A DNA stretch of 64,000 nt from Coleofasciculus sp. B1-GNL1-01 (GTDB lineage Bacteria; Cyanobacteriota; Cyanobacteriia; Cyanobacteriales; Coleofasciculaceae), in the NCBI GenBank assembly GCA_040220235.1, contig JAVJTO010000164.1. The stretch is one strand, 5' to 3'. Of this stretch, positions 49,133 to 59,502 are shown one piece after another. Numbering within the stretch: position 1 is the stretch's first letter; the number at the start of each line of letters is the position of its first letter. Under the pieces are notes generated by a model that was not told where the DNA came from, searched no databases, and saw only the letters and a program-made list of their open reading frames with translations. A program made the position numbers and the translations under genes.

Positions 49133-49522
49133 TTATGAAAAAGCTGGGGCAAAAAGATAGGTATAGTTCCAAGGCAAGGTATAGAATTGAGTGTTGGGCA
49201 GGGACGCGGGAGGATGCCAGTCCGATTGAGTGTGTAGAATATACTCTATTCCCCAATGAGCATACGTTTCAACCCGCAAACGCAGTTCTAAAGAATGGTA
49301 AGGGATTTTCGTTGGCACAAAACCGTTCGCCGTTATGTTTACCTGAGTATAGGTTTCAGGAATAGCCGCCATCACATAGTCAACCAGTCGTTGACGTACA
49401 TCGGGCTGGGCAAATAGTTCGTTGTAGGGTTCATCACCATAAACTGCCAACGCATTGTCAATTTCTTCATTCACCAATTGCAGTCCCAAGTCTACAACCG
49501 CTTTAGACAGTGATTTAGACAT
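49133..49522 (-). CDS. ComFB-like (late competence development family) small protein
   Basis: LVNEEID.AL..Y...PY..LF..PDVRQRLVDYVM..IP..Y resembles cyanobacterial ComFB-like proteins; GAGGA upstream. Confidence 0.55.
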   Translation of the reverse strand: MSKSLSKAVVDLGLQLVNEEIDNALAVYGDEPYNELFAQPDVRQRLVDYVMAAIPETYTQVNITANGFVPTKIPYHSLELRLRVETYAHWGIEYILHTQSDWHPPASLPNTQFYTLPWNYTYLFAPAFS

Positions 49523-49729
49523 TGTTCATTTCCTCAACTTGATGGCTTACCTGCTGAGATCAGAATGGATCTGTTGTCTACGGAAACACTGAAATTCAAG
49601 GACATCGAGTCAAAAAGGGAAATATCCCTGTGGGTCATTGCTCGATAACCACTACTGACTTTACAGGTTAAACGTAAAAAAATTGGGGAATGACACTCAA
49701 GGTAACTTAGTGCTTTCTTAAAGAAAAGA

Positions 49730-50407
49730 TTAAGAAAAGGGTTTCAATCGATAACCAACGCTATGAACCGTCTCAATCAAATCATCTGGCGCTCCCACCG
49801 CTTTGAGTTTGTGACGCAAGCTCTTAATGTGAGCTTTAACGGTATCTTCAAAGGGGGTGGCTTCGGCAGACCACAAATGCTCAATGATAAACTCACGGTT
49901 AATGATGCGCTGACTATTTCGCAAAAACAACTCTAGGCAGGAATACTCCTTCGGGGTTAAATGTACAGGCTGTTGATTATAGATTACTTCATGACGACTT
50001 GGATCAAGCTGTAATCGCTCCCACTCTAGCACTGGCGGTACTGAACATCCTCCCCGTCGCAACAGCGCTCGAATGCGAGCTAAGAGTTCTGGCAAATCAA
50101 CGGGTTTGACTACATAGTCATCAGCGCCTGCATCTAAACTGTTCACCTTATCCGTGCTGGTGTCAAGGGCTGTGATCATCAGGATTGAGCCGTGATAACT
50201 GTTAGAACGCAGACGCCGACACAAACTGATACCATCTAACTTAGGGAGCATGACATCTAGCAAAATTAAGTCATAATAGAGGCTTGTAATTTGTCGCCAG
50301 CCGGCTTCCCCATCATTGACAACATCAACATCATAATTTTGATCGACAAGCGCCTCTGTGAGCGCTTCCGCGAGCGCGATATCGTCTTCCACCAACAAGA
50401 TTTTCAT
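49730..50407 (-). CDS. OmpR-family response regulator
   Basis: MKILLVEDD, DLILLDVMLP, GADDYVVKP, winged helix LTPKE...IETVHSVGYRL. Confidence 0.95.
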   Translation of the reverse strand: MKILLVEDDIALAEALTEALVDQNYDVDVVNDGEAGWRQITSLYYDLILLDVMLPKLDGISLCRRLRSNSYHGSILMITALDTSTDKVNSLDAGADDYVVKPVDLPELLARIRALLRRGGCSVPPVLEWERLQLDPSRHEVIYNQQPVHLTPKEYSCLELFLRNSQRIINREFIIEHLWSAEATPFEDTVKAHIKSLRHKLKAVGAPDDLIETVHSVGYRLKPFS

Positions 50408-50621
50408 AGCCAATTGATTGAATAAATCGGTAAGCCAACTCAAGTAGATATAGCAGATGCGCTATATCTTAATTTCTACTTTACCAGCCTTAACATTGGC
50501 TCTACTCATCCTCTAGAGCATCGATCCACTGATCACAGTTAACTAATCGGACGAGTGACGTAGCTTGCTTCTTGTCGGGAGCGAGTATAACCAATGAAAA
50601 ATGATCAATGACAAGTAACAA

Positions 50622-51986
50622 ATGACACATTCTATCCAACCCAAAAATCTGCTTGCTGGTTTGGGTTTAGCATTACTGATTCTCAGTAGTCCGATCGCTG
50701 TTTATGTATGGCGGTTAATGGGATTTGCTCCCCCGGCGGTTCCGGCGCATCCTCTATTGTTAATCACCATCACTAACGGTTTCAGCATACTGCTACTAAT
50801 TGGCATCTACTATCGCTTCTGGGTACGACTTAGGCAACTGGAACAAGACAATGACAACAGCAGATTTTTGTCTCCAGAGATTCGCGATCGTCAACAAGCT
50901 GAGTTGCAAGAACAGAATTTTGTTTCAGTCATTCTTGATACCGCTAACGCCTTAATTACCGTTCTCGATCAACAGGGACGAATTATCCGATTTAATCAAA
51001 CTTGTGAACAACTAAGCGGCTACTCCTCTGAGGAGGTCAAGGGAAAGTATATTTGGGATTTGTTTTTAATTCCTGAAGATATTGAATCAGTAAAAACCAT
51101 TATTAAAGAACTCCAAGCCTATCACTTTCCCAACGAGCATAAAAATTACTGGATTACACGAGATGGCACTCGTCGCCTAATTTCCTGGTATAGTACAGTC
51201 CTGCTGGATGACAATCGTTCCGTCAAGTATTTCATCGGCATTGGTATTGATATCACCGAACGCCAGCAAGCCGAACAAATGCGTCGCCAACTCGAACACC
51301 AGCAAGAACTGAGCCAACTCCAGCTACGCTTTTTTTCATTAGTGTCCCATGAATTTCGCACCCCCTTGAGTACGATTCTAGCCTCCGTTCAACTCCTACA
51401 ACTTTGTCCGGATAAATTTTCTCCAGATAAAAAGATCAGAAATCTGCAACGGATTGAAGCCGCAACTCAACGCCTGCGGCAAATGTTAGATAACATTCTC
51501 ACAATCAATCGGGTGGAAACGGGACAATTGGAGTTCCAGCCAACGCGGGTGAATGTAGAACAGTTTTGTCAAGGAATTTTAGCGGAGATACCGTTTAATC
51601 CAGACCATCAGTATTTCCTAAATTTTGTCAGGACAGCAGACTGTAGCTATGCCTGTTTAGATGAAAAACTGATGCGTTTAATTTTGACAAATTTACTCAC
51701 GAATGCGATTAAATATTCTCCGCCAGGTAGCACTATTGATTTACGGATCAATTGTACAAAAACTGAGATAAATTTTCAAGTTTGCGATCAGGGAATTGGC
51801 ATTCCGGCTGATGATATCCCCCATATCTTTGAACCCTTCCACCGGGGAACAAATATTGATAGTATTCCGGGTTCAGGATTAGGGCTAAGCGTTGCCAAAA
51901 CTTGTGCTAGCGTCCATGGCGGGAACATCAGCGTGACCAGTGAACCTGGAGTGGGTACAACATTTACGGTAACAATTCCTGGCTAA
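50622..51986 (+). CDS. Membrane PAS-domain sensor histidine kinase
   Basis: Two TMs, PAS/PAC, SHEFRTPL, NLLTNAIKYS, DQGIGIP, GSGLGL; divergent from the response regulator. Confidence 0.95.
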   Translation: MTHSIQPKNLLAGLGLALLILSSPIAVYVWRLMGFAPPAVPAHPLLLITITNGFSILLLIGIYYRFWVRLRQLEQDNDNSRFLSPEIRDRQQAELQEQNFVSVILDTANALITVLDQQGRIIRFNQTCEQLSGYSSEEVKGKYIWDLFLIPEDIESVKTIIKELQAYHFPNEHKNYWITRDGTRRLISWYSTVLLDDNRSVKYFIGIGIDITERQQAEQMRRQLEHQQELSQLQLRFFSLVSHEFRTPLSTILASVQLLQLCPDKFSPDKKIRNLQRIEAATQRLRQMLDNILTINRVETGQLEFQPTRVNVEQFCQGILAEIPFNPDHQYFLNFVRTADCSYACLDEKLMRLILTNLLTNAIKYSPPGSTIDLRINCTKTEINFQVCDQGIGIPADDIPHIFEPFHRGTNIDSIPGSGLGLSVAKTCASVHGGNISVTSEPGVGTTFTVTIPG

Positions 51987-52003
51987 TTCATAAGTCAATT
52001 GTC

Positions 52004-52107
52004 GGGGTGGATTTAGCCACTGTAGGGCAAGTTTAGCCACTGTAGGGGCGGGTTTAGGGACTAAATTCAGATACCCAACGATAAATGAACAACAAAACCC
52101 GCCCTTA
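52004..52107. repeat. REP-like inverted pair with a tandemly stuttered left arm
   Basis: TTTAGCCACTGTAGGG is repeated with a 20-nt period before GTAGGGGCGGGTTT...AAAACCCGCCCTTA. Confidence 0.75.
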
Positions 52108-52147
52108 TTCATAAGTTAACAAATAGACTATTGGGGTTGAGTGGAGT

Positions 52148-52600
52148 GTGAGAGTAATGAGCAAAAAACCAACGAAACATAACCATTTTGCTATTACCAA
52201 AGCCGCTAAGATAAGGCTGATCATCTTATTTTTGCTATTGGTAAGTTTAGGAATTTGGACAGGATTGACATTTTCGGAACCGACAAGTCCCCAACAGGCA
52301 GCCGCTCAAGTTAAGCTGCTAGAAGCTATTTATACTCAGGGGAACTATATTGAGGCGGGGATTTGGATTGCGATCGCATTCGGATTTGGCGTCCGAATCA
52401 TTCGCCGTTCGGGAACAGAGCGGTATCAAGCACTCATGGCGTTTCTCACCTTCTTTTTCTTTGGACTATCGGATATCATCGAAGTGCAGACAGGAGCCTG
52501 GTGGCGTCCTTGGTGGTTGTTTGTGTGGAAAAGTCTATGTGTATTGTCCATGGTAGCCTTGCTCATCAATTATCTGCGATCGCGCTCGGATTCACGGTGA
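52148..52600 (+). CDS. Hypothetical membrane protein
   Basis: Four hydrophobic segments; FGLSDIIEVQTGAWWRPWWLFVWK motif. Confidence 0.75.
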   Translation: MRVMSKKPTKHNHFAITKAAKIRLIILFLLLVSLGIWTGLTFSEPTSPQQAAAQVKLLEAIYTQGNYIEAGIWIAIAFGFGVRIIRRSGTERYQALMAFLTFFFFGLSDIIEVQTGAWWRPWWLFVWKSLCVLSMVALLINYLRSRSDSR

Positions 52601-52627
52601 TGTTGAGCGGGCGTGCAGGGGGAGATG

Positions 52628-52760
52628 AGGGCGGGTTTATTAACATCAGGGTAACAACGAAAGATAGTAGTGAAACCAGCCCCTAAACATCGGTCAGGGC
52701 GTGTTTTGAACAAACATTAGTCATCCATAGCGAAAAGAAAATCCCTAAACCCGCCCCTAC
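52628..52760. repeat. Two tandem REP-like inverted pairs
   Basis: GGGCGGGTTT...AAACCAGCCC and GGGCGTGTTT...AAACCCGCCCCTAC. Confidence 0.75.
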
Positions 52761-52891
52761 ACAAAACCAGACCCCTTGAGCCAAGCGAAGGGTTAAAACC
52801 AGGTTCCCGACGAACGAAGTGAAGACTCAAAACTTCACCAATCCCCCGCCAACGATAAAATAGCAAGTGTAACCAATAATTGAGACTTAAC

Positions 52892-53446
52892 ATGAATCAG
52901 CCAGTGCCAGGGAATTCCCAAACCAACTCTGATTCTGATCAATCGATGACTACTGGTGATCCAGGTTTACGATCCTTTGCTGACCGTCTGGCTAAGAATT
53001 TGGCACGGGATACGCTAATTCAAGGAACGACTGACTATCTGCGAAACGTGTTAGCCGTCGATCGCGTGGTTCTCTATTATTTCTATTACGAGTGGAAAGG
53101 TCAAGTCACTTTTGAGTCATTGAGTTCTCCCAACTACTCCATCTTCGGCTCGACTGGCGGCGATGAATGCTTTAATGACGAGTATGCGGAGTTGTATTAT
53201 GCAGGACGAGTAAGAGCGATCGCAGATATTCAAGCCGAACCCATCGATCCCTGTCACCGCGACTTTTTGCATAGCCTTAAAGTACGTGCCAATTTAGTCG
53301 TACCGATCCTTACACCGCGACGGTTATGGGGATTACTCGCGGCTCATCATTGTCAAGATACCCATCCTTGGTCACCGTCTGACATTGAAGCCATGAAAAA
53401 AGCCGCCCGAATCCTAGCGACGGTTCCAGCAATTCGAGATAGTTAA
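52892..53446 (+). CDS. Stand-alone GAF protein, DXCF-type cyanobacteriochrome
   Basis: VDRVVLY, DECF (DXCF), PCH first-Cys motif, VRANLVVPIL, LWGLLAAH; start uncertain (52880, 52892 or 52946). Confidence 0.8.
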   Translation: MNQPVPGNSQTNSDSDQSMTTGDPGLRSFADRLAKNLARDTLIQGTTDYLRNVLAVDRVVLYYFYYEWKGQVTFESLSSPNYSIFGSTGGDECFNDEYAELYYAGRVRAIADIQAEPIDPCHRDFLHSLKVRANLVVPILTPRRLWGLLAAHHCQDTHPWSPSDIEAMKKAARILATVPAIRDS

Positions 53447-53467
53447 CATCAAATTACAGATGTACCG

Positions 53468-55393
53468 ATGAAAGTCAAAGTCCTAGTTCTAGCGCTGACA
53501 ACTCTTACCGCACTCGTCGGTACAGCGGATTGGGCTGCAGATTTTCCCCTGAGTCGCTCCCTATTGTCACAGTGGCAATGGGGCGGTTCGGGGCAGTCAC
53601 AAACCCTGCTCAAAGACCGTATTTTAGATGAAGGGGACACAGAAGCCGCATTTCGGGCGCGGAGTTTGGCAATTCGGGAAAAGGTGGCGGCGGCGGATTT
53701 AGAGGGATTGGATACCTGGTGGCGTACTCGCACGATTAGTGACCCCCATAAATACTTACTTCCAGTTATTCTTGCCCGCCTCAGCTTAGGGGAACAATAC
53801 GATCGCCAGCAAATCTGGGATATACTCTTGGGTTTAGATGAAGGAAAACCGGATCTCTATCACTTCCGCAGTCCCTACGATGTTCGCATCTTCTTCTTAT
53901 TCCGCGATACCATGCCTGAAGCGGTACAAGCCTCTTACCGTAGTATGGTGGATTCGCCGCGTGTGCGCGAGTGGCTGGAACAGGGTACAGAAAATCATCA
54001 GTTCATGCAGCGTATTTCCGGTTTAGCGCTAATGGATGGAAGTGGTTTCCCGACGCCTCTCCCGGCGACGGCGGCGACAAATGAGGCTTGGCTTAGGGCA
54101 GAATTGAATAAGTTCCTGACAATTGGACAGGGAGAGTTTCATTCTTCGACCTATTATGGGTATGCGATCGCAGGTTTGCTGAATCTCTATGATTTTGCTG
54201 ATACTCCCGAATTGCGCCAGTTGGCGAAAGCCGCATTAGATTGGTACGCGGTCAATATGGCGGTGCGCTTCAGTTGGGGAACCTCAGGTGGTGCAGAAAG
54301 TCGCGGGTTTGATCGCGGGACCTGGGATGATAGTGGTTTGAGTGGCGTGGCTTGGATTTGGTGGGGGGATAGTTTGACCCTGAGCGGAGTCGAAGGGAGC
54401 GAAGCCGAAGGGTTAGCGCCTGTTGAGCGTATGGATCGGGGTGTGACTAGGGTAGCATTACCTGCTGCATTAAGTGATTATCGTCCGCCACCGCAATTGA
54501 GAGCGATCGCCCGTAAGGAAATCGAATTACCCTTTCAGCTTAAAGCCAGTCACCCGGGTTATTATAGTTACCACCAAGACAACCGATTTTGGGAAACATT
54601 TTATGTGACTCAAGATTATAGTTTGGGTACATTAATTGACCGAAATCGTTCTTACCAAGTCAAAGGCACCATTAATGCCCAATATGCTACCTATAAATTA
54701 GTCATCCGCGATCCTCAAGGACAAAATAATGCCGTTGTTAGTCTAGGTGGAACCTATCATTCAGACATGGCGACAGGGCGTTCTCCAGGTGATCAATACG
54801 TCCAAGAAAAGGGCGCAGTGATTTATCAGTTACGCTTAAATTCACGAGATAAAGCCGCCGATGTACCAGGGCGTTCTCACCTAGTTTTACCAACTCGATA
54901 TGGGAAACCCCAGCGCTATGGAGATTGGTACATTTGGCGCATTGAAAATACCTTCCTTTGCGCCCGTCCTTGGGGTGAACAGATAGACTGGCAAAATCAG
55001 GTATCGGAGAAATATTCTGATTACCAGGTGTTAGCAGCAATCGGCAGGAATACTGCTTGGATTACCGATGTAGCCAGTGTTGATGATTATCCCACAGTAG
55101 AAGCATTACAGCAAGCCCTTGACCAAACTGAGATTCGCGAACGCTCCTGGGAGATAATGGGTCAGATTACCTATACCAGTTTAGCAGGCGATCGCTTACA
55201 GATGACCTATCAACCCAATCAAGGAGCGGGTTTAGCACAGATTAATGGGAAAGAGCGAATCCTCGACGATTGGGCGGTGTTAGATAGTCCTTATGTTCAG
55301 CAAGACTTAAATAGTGGACTTTTAGAGGTGTTTTCTCCCCCAGAAAACTGGCGTCTACGAGGCACATTGACAGGTCCAGAATGGGAAGAATAG
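53468..55393 (+). CDS. Exported hypothetical protein, possibly heparinase II/III-like fold
   Basis: Signal peptide; GTENHQFM and GEFHSSTYYGY motifs, helical N-half and beta-rich C-half; the fold call is tentative. Confidence 0.65.
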   Translation: MKVKVLVLALTTLTALVGTADWAADFPLSRSLLSQWQWGGSGQSQTLLKDRILDEGDTEAAFRARSLAIREKVAAADLEGLDTWWRTRTISDPHKYLLPVILARLSLGEQYDRQQIWDILLGLDEGKPDLYHFRSPYDVRIFFLFRDTMPEAVQASYRSMVDSPRVREWLEQGTENHQFMQRISGLALMDGSGFPTPLPATAATNEAWLRAELNKFLTIGQGEFHSSTYYGYAIAGLLNLYDFADTPELRQLAKAALDWYAVNMAVRFSWGTSGGAESRGFDRGTWDDSGLSGVAWIWWGDSLTLSGVEGSEAEGLAPVERMDRGVTRVALPAALSDYRPPPQLRAIARKEIELPFQLKASHPGYYSYHQDNRFWETFYVTQDYSLGTLIDRNRSYQVKGTINAQYATYKLVIRDPQGQNNAVVSLGGTYHSDMATGRSPGDQYVQEKGAVIYQLRLNSRDKAADVPGRSHLVLPTRYGKPQRYGDWYIWRIENTFLCARPWGEQIDWQNQVSEKYSDYQVLAAIGRNTAWITDVASVDDYPTVEALQQALDQTEIRERSWEIMGQITYTSLAGDRLQMTYQPNQGAGLAQINGKERILDDWAVLDSPYVQQDLNSGLLEVFSPPENWRLRGTLTGPEWEE

Positions 55394-55402
55394 GAGCATA
55401 AC

Positions 55403-56458
55403 ATGAATAAGGATGAATTGCTTAGACGCTATCAAGCTGGTGAAAGAGATTTTTCGGGTGTGGATCTGAAGGGGGCTGTGATCAGGGATGCCGATTTGAA
55501 TCATGTCAACTTAAGCCATGCCAATTTAAATGGTACTGGATTTGATCATGTCAATCTCAGTTATGCCAATTTAAACCGTGCTAATTTGGGGGGAGCTAAC
55601 TTTAATACTGTTAATCTCACCTATGCGAACTTAAGCCATACCAATTTCATGGGGGGAGCTGACTTAGATAATGTAAATTTCAGTTATGCTGACTTAAGTA
55701 ATGTTTGCTTAGACCACACTTTGAGCAAAAACTGTCACCTAACTGGGGCAAATTTGAGTCGTATGTCCGCACTTCAATCATCCTGGGAAAACTGTGATTT
55801 CAGTGGTGCTGACTTAAGTAACATTCATTTTGAGGAAGTTAGTTTGTTGGGGTCTAACCTCAGCCACACTTCTCTAACTCACGCTTGCTTATCTCTTAGT
55901 GTTAATCTGAGTGGAGTTAACTTGAGCAATGCTAACCTAACGGATGCCAATCTAACGGGTGTTTGCGGCTGGAGTGGAGTTAACCTGAGCGGGGCAAAAC
56001 TAACACGAACTCTCTACGGACCTTGTTTAAGCGCTCCGGCTAACTTTGACCTGACTCAAATGGGAGCGATCTTGATTGAGTCGGGTGCTGATTTGAGCGG
56101 TTTTGATCTAAGTTATTATGTAAGTCATTTCCACAAGAATTTCCGAATCAGCGTTATCGGAGGACTCAGTGACGTTAACTTTAGTCATGCCAATTTAAGT
56201 GGTATTGATTTGAGTGATGAGGAATTAACCCAAGCTAACTTCAGTCACGCCAATTTAACCCGTGTCAACCTCAATGGTGCAGATTTGACTCATGCTAACT
56301 TCTGTAATGCCAATTTAGAAGAGGCTGACCTTTCTTATAGCGATTTAAGTCATGCAAATTTGAGTAATGCTAACCTAACAAATGCCAATCTAACTGAGGT
56401 AACCTTTTGCCATACCATCATGCCAAACGGTAGTGTTAGAAATGAGAATAGCGATTAA
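55403..56458 (+). CDS. Pentapeptide repeat protein
   Basis: ELLRRYQAGERDFSG N-terminus, many A(N/D)Lxx repeats, TIMPNG C-terminus; AGGAG Shine-Dalgarno. Confidence 0.95.
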   Translation: MNKDELLRRYQAGERDFSGVDLKGAVIRDADLNHVNLSHANLNGTGFDHVNLSYANLNRANLGGANFNTVNLTYANLSHTNFMGGADLDNVNFSYADLSNVCLDHTLSKNCHLTGANLSRMSALQSSWENCDFSGADLSNIHFEEVSLLGSNLSHTSLTHACLSLSVNLSGVNLSNANLTDANLTGVCGWSGVNLSGAKLTRTLYGPCLSAPANFDLTQMGAILIESGADLSGFDLSYYVSHFHKNFRISVIGGLSDVNFSHANLSGIDLSDEELTQANFSHANLTRVNLNGADLTHANFCNANLEEADLSYSDLSHANLSNANLTNANLTEVTFCHTIMPNGSVRNENSD

Positions 56459-56733
56459 GGTTCTAGAGCCTGTCAACGCAAGTAGGTTGGATATTTGGTA
56501 ATATCATGTCCGCCTAAACAGTTATTATGCTTTGGTTACATAAAAATATTTACGGAATACATCCTTAAAACCCCCTTGCATTCGTTAATATATTTCCCTC
56601 TATAATTCTTAGGCATTTTTATGAATAAAAGCAATAATCATCAATCCTGATTGGCTTGAATTTCCATGAAAAAAGGAATCAGAGGAAGACAACAATCGTC
56701 TTCTGCCAATGCACGCAAACAATAGAGCCCTCC

Positions 56734-57465
56734 ATGAACAAGTTAACCCTGATGATTTGTCCCCATGATACAGCCAAAAAACCAGATCGATGGTTTCGCT
56801 TCATCCAGTATTTGAATAATCAGCTTGATGTCAACGTACATGTACATATAGAGGTTTCCCTGGATTTCGAGGATTTTCATCAACATCTCGATCAAGCTGA
56901 TATCGTCTACGCTAACCCGGCTGATAGTATCCATCTGCGGGAACAAGGCTTTTCTGCAGTGGTTCGTCCGCTCAATCTTTATGATGAAGTGGTGTATATT
57001 GCCAATCAGGATATCGCCAATCCAACCTTAGATTTGCTGGACGGGAAAACTCTTGCCACTGTCAAAAGTATGCTACCGAGTAAGGTGGCGTTACATAGCC
57101 TCAAAGAAAAAGGAATTGCACCTGCACAACTGTTGGATAAATCCTCTTGGTTAGGAGTGATCAATAGTGTGTCCAAAAACGAAGCCCCTTTCGGCATTGT
57201 CTATAAAGACACCTACCAGGAACTCTCACCCAATACCAAAGCGATGGTTAATGCTTTTGCTGAATCGGAGGAAAACGTCATCTTTCATAGTATCTATATT
57301 AGTCCCAATGCTATGGAGCATAGGAGTGAATTAGAGCGTGTTCTCTTAGAGATGAATGCGACTCCAGCCGGAAAAGATGTGTTGCAAGAACTCAATATTG
57401 AAGGATGGTGTAAAACTACGTCCGAAGAAATTAGCACGGCTAAGGAAATTATGATGGCAGCTTAA
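56734..57465 (+). CDS. PhnD/SsuA-like substrate-binding-fold protein lacking a signal peptide
   Basis: ADIVYANP and C-terminal LLEMNATPAGKDVLQELNIEGW typical of the phosphonate-binding family; start re-called to the ATG at 56734. Confidence 0.7.
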   Translation: MNKLTLMICPHDTAKKPDRWFRFIQYLNNQLDVNVHVHIEVSLDFEDFHQHLDQADIVYANPADSIHLREQGFSAVVRPLNLYDEVVYIANQDIANPTLDLLDGKTLATVKSMLPSKVALHSLKEKGIAPAQLLDKSSWLGVINSVSKNEAPFGIVYKDTYQELSPNTKAMVNAFAESEENVIFHSIYISPNAMEHRSELERVLLEMNATPAGKDVLQELNIEGWCKTTSEEISTAKEIMMAA

Positions 57466-57471
57466 ACCATT

Positions 57472-57516
57472 CGATTCATCCCCAACCAACTTTTTAGTAG
57501 GGTCGGGGATGAATCG
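57472..57516. terminator. Long hairpin after the PhnD-like gene (terminator or dispersed palindrome)
   Basis: CGATTCATCCCC...GGGGATGAATCG, 12-bp perfect arms. Confidence 0.5.
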
Positions 57517-57798
57517 CCAAATTCGATAAATATACGACTTAGGACAGATGACATTTAGATAATATCTACATTAGGTGTTTCCTGTTGCCTGTTTCATGAC
57601 AAAATTCCATCATCCAGTGCTGCACAATAGTCCTTGAGTGGTTTCACCATTGGCACAATTGAGACATCATTGAAATTCGTTACATAACTTTTCCTTTGGC
57701 TGAGAGACAATTTTCGGGTAAAATATTAGCTTCCTAACCTAAATCGTATTAAACGAACCCGACTTGTACTCTAGTAGAGAAGAGCTAGACCATTATCA

Positions 57799-59268
57799 AT
57801 GGAAATTCAGACCCCAGATTGGGTGAAACACGCCGTCTTCTATCAAATATTTCCCGATCGCTTTGCCAAAGGCAATCCACCCCATTCGCAAGTAGCGAAA
57901 ACCCTTCCCCTAGAACCTTGGGATGCCTTGCCCACGTTACAAGGCTATAAGGGTGGAGATCTTTGGGGCGTAATGGAAAAACTCGATTATTTGCAAGATT
58001 TAGGCATTAATGCCGTTTACTTTACCCCCATTTTTCAATCCGCCAGTAACCACCGTTACCATACTCACGATTATTATCAGATTGACCCTCTATTAGGGGG
58101 GAATGGTACATTCATGAAACTGTTGGAAGAATGTCATCGGCGGGAGATGAAAGTCGTCCTGGATGGTGTATTTAACCATGCCAGTCGCGGCTTCTTCTTC
58201 TTCAATGACATTCTCGAAAATGGTCCTTATTCCCCCTGGTTAGATTGGTTCAAGGTGGAACGCTGGCCCCTATCAGCCTACGATGGCGACAAACCCGCTA
58301 ACTATGTCGGTTGGGAAGGAAATCGGGCGTTACCCGAATTTAACCACGATAATCCCGACGTGCGGGAATATATTATGCAGGTTGCCGAACATTGGATTAA
58401 ACTCGGCATCGATGGCTGGCGCTTAGATGTAGCGTATGAGATTGAAACGCCAGGATTTTGGCAAGAATTTCGCGATCGCGTCAAAGCCATCAACCCGGAG
58501 GCTTATATTGTCGGCGAAGTTTGGATGGACTCGCGTCAGTGGCTAGATGGGACGCAATTTGACGGGGTAATGAACTACCTGTTCACCGGACCCACCATTG
58601 CCTTTGCTGCTGGCGATCGCGTGATTCGGGAATACGTCGAACAACCCTCTTACGAACCCTATCCGCCCCTAGATGCGCCCGGTTATGCGGCTAAAATTGA
58701 GCATCTGTTGCAGTTATACCCCTGGGAAATTCAACTTACCCAACTCAACCTGCTAGCCAGTCATGATACAGCCCGACTGCTATCTATTGCTGAAGGAGGG
58801 AAGAAACATCCATCCGCCGAAGCGATCGAAAGCGTGAAGCTGGCTACACTACTACTGTTGACCTTTCTCGGTGCCCCCAGTATCTATTATGGGGATGAAG
58901 TTGGGTTACCTGGCGCATTAGATCCCGACTCCCGCCGGGGTTTTCCTCTAGAATCTCAATGGAATCAAGAGATATTCGATTGTCATCGTCAGCTTATTGC
59001 CCTGCGTCATAATCGCCCCGCACTGCGTACAGGTAGCTATCAAGTGCTGTTCGCTGAGGGAATGACGTATATCTTTGCCCGCAAACTGGAGGCAGATGAG
59101 TTAATTATTGCCGTTAATGCCGGAACCACAACCGCCCAAGTTCAGGTGGAAGTGCCGCCAGAGGTATCACCACGCCATCAAATCGTGTACGGTGACGCCA
59201 GCTTCACCTGGAATCAAAACCATTTGGCGATAGACTTACCGCCTCGGACAGGTTGTATTTTGGGTTAG
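57799..59268 (+). CDS. GH13 neopullulanase/cyclomaltodextrinase-family glycosidase
   Basis: FYQIFPDRF, GGDLWG, SNHRYHTHDY, LDGVFNH, IDGWRLDVA, IVGEVW, SHDTAR, YYGDEVG, DPDSRR. Confidence 0.93.
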   Translation: MEIQTPDWVKHAVFYQIFPDRFAKGNPPHSQVAKTLPLEPWDALPTLQGYKGGDLWGVMEKLDYLQDLGINAVYFTPIFQSASNHRYHTHDYYQIDPLLGGNGTFMKLLEECHRREMKVVLDGVFNHASRGFFFFNDILENGPYSPWLDWFKVERWPLSAYDGDKPANYVGWEGNRALPEFNHDNPDVREYIMQVAEHWIKLGIDGWRLDVAYEIETPGFWQEFRDRVKAINPEAYIVGEVWMDSRQWLDGTQFDGVMNYLFTGPTIAFAAGDRVIREYVEQPSYEPYPPLDAPGYAAKIEHLLQLYPWEIQLTQLNLLASHDTARLLSIAEGGKKHPSAEAIESVKLATLLLLTFLGAPSIYYGDEVGLPGALDPDSRRGFPLESQWNQEIFDCHRQLIALRHNRPALRTGSYQVLFAEGMTYIFARKLEADELIIAVNAGTTTAQVQVEVPPEVSPRHQIVYGDASFTWNQNHLAIDLPPRTGCILG

Positions 59269-59502
59269 AACATCCGTTCAGGTACAGGTACAGGGGGAGT
59301 TTGGATGTCACTCCCCTATTTGCCTTGTCTGCTGTTTGTACCTTATTCCCTGAGTGGAAAGTTACAGTTTTGTAAAGTATTGCTGCTTACATCCGGAAGT
59401 CACCACAGTCAGTCCTACAATAGGAGTATCCTCCAAGAGCAACTAAGACCAGCCCTAGCTCTGCTCTATTACGACACAATAGTACAGGACGGAGTAGTCA
59501 GT

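Noticed and set aside
56461..56530. Possible IS terminal sequences after the pentapeptide gene
   Set aside because: Single copies with no partner end or transposase in the window
59305..59502. 66-aa N-terminal extension of HPF and an NtcA-like box at 59377-59390
   Set aside because: Homology starts at MKLVIQGKN, which has its own RBS; the box is 25 nt from TACAAT rather than the canonical 22 or so
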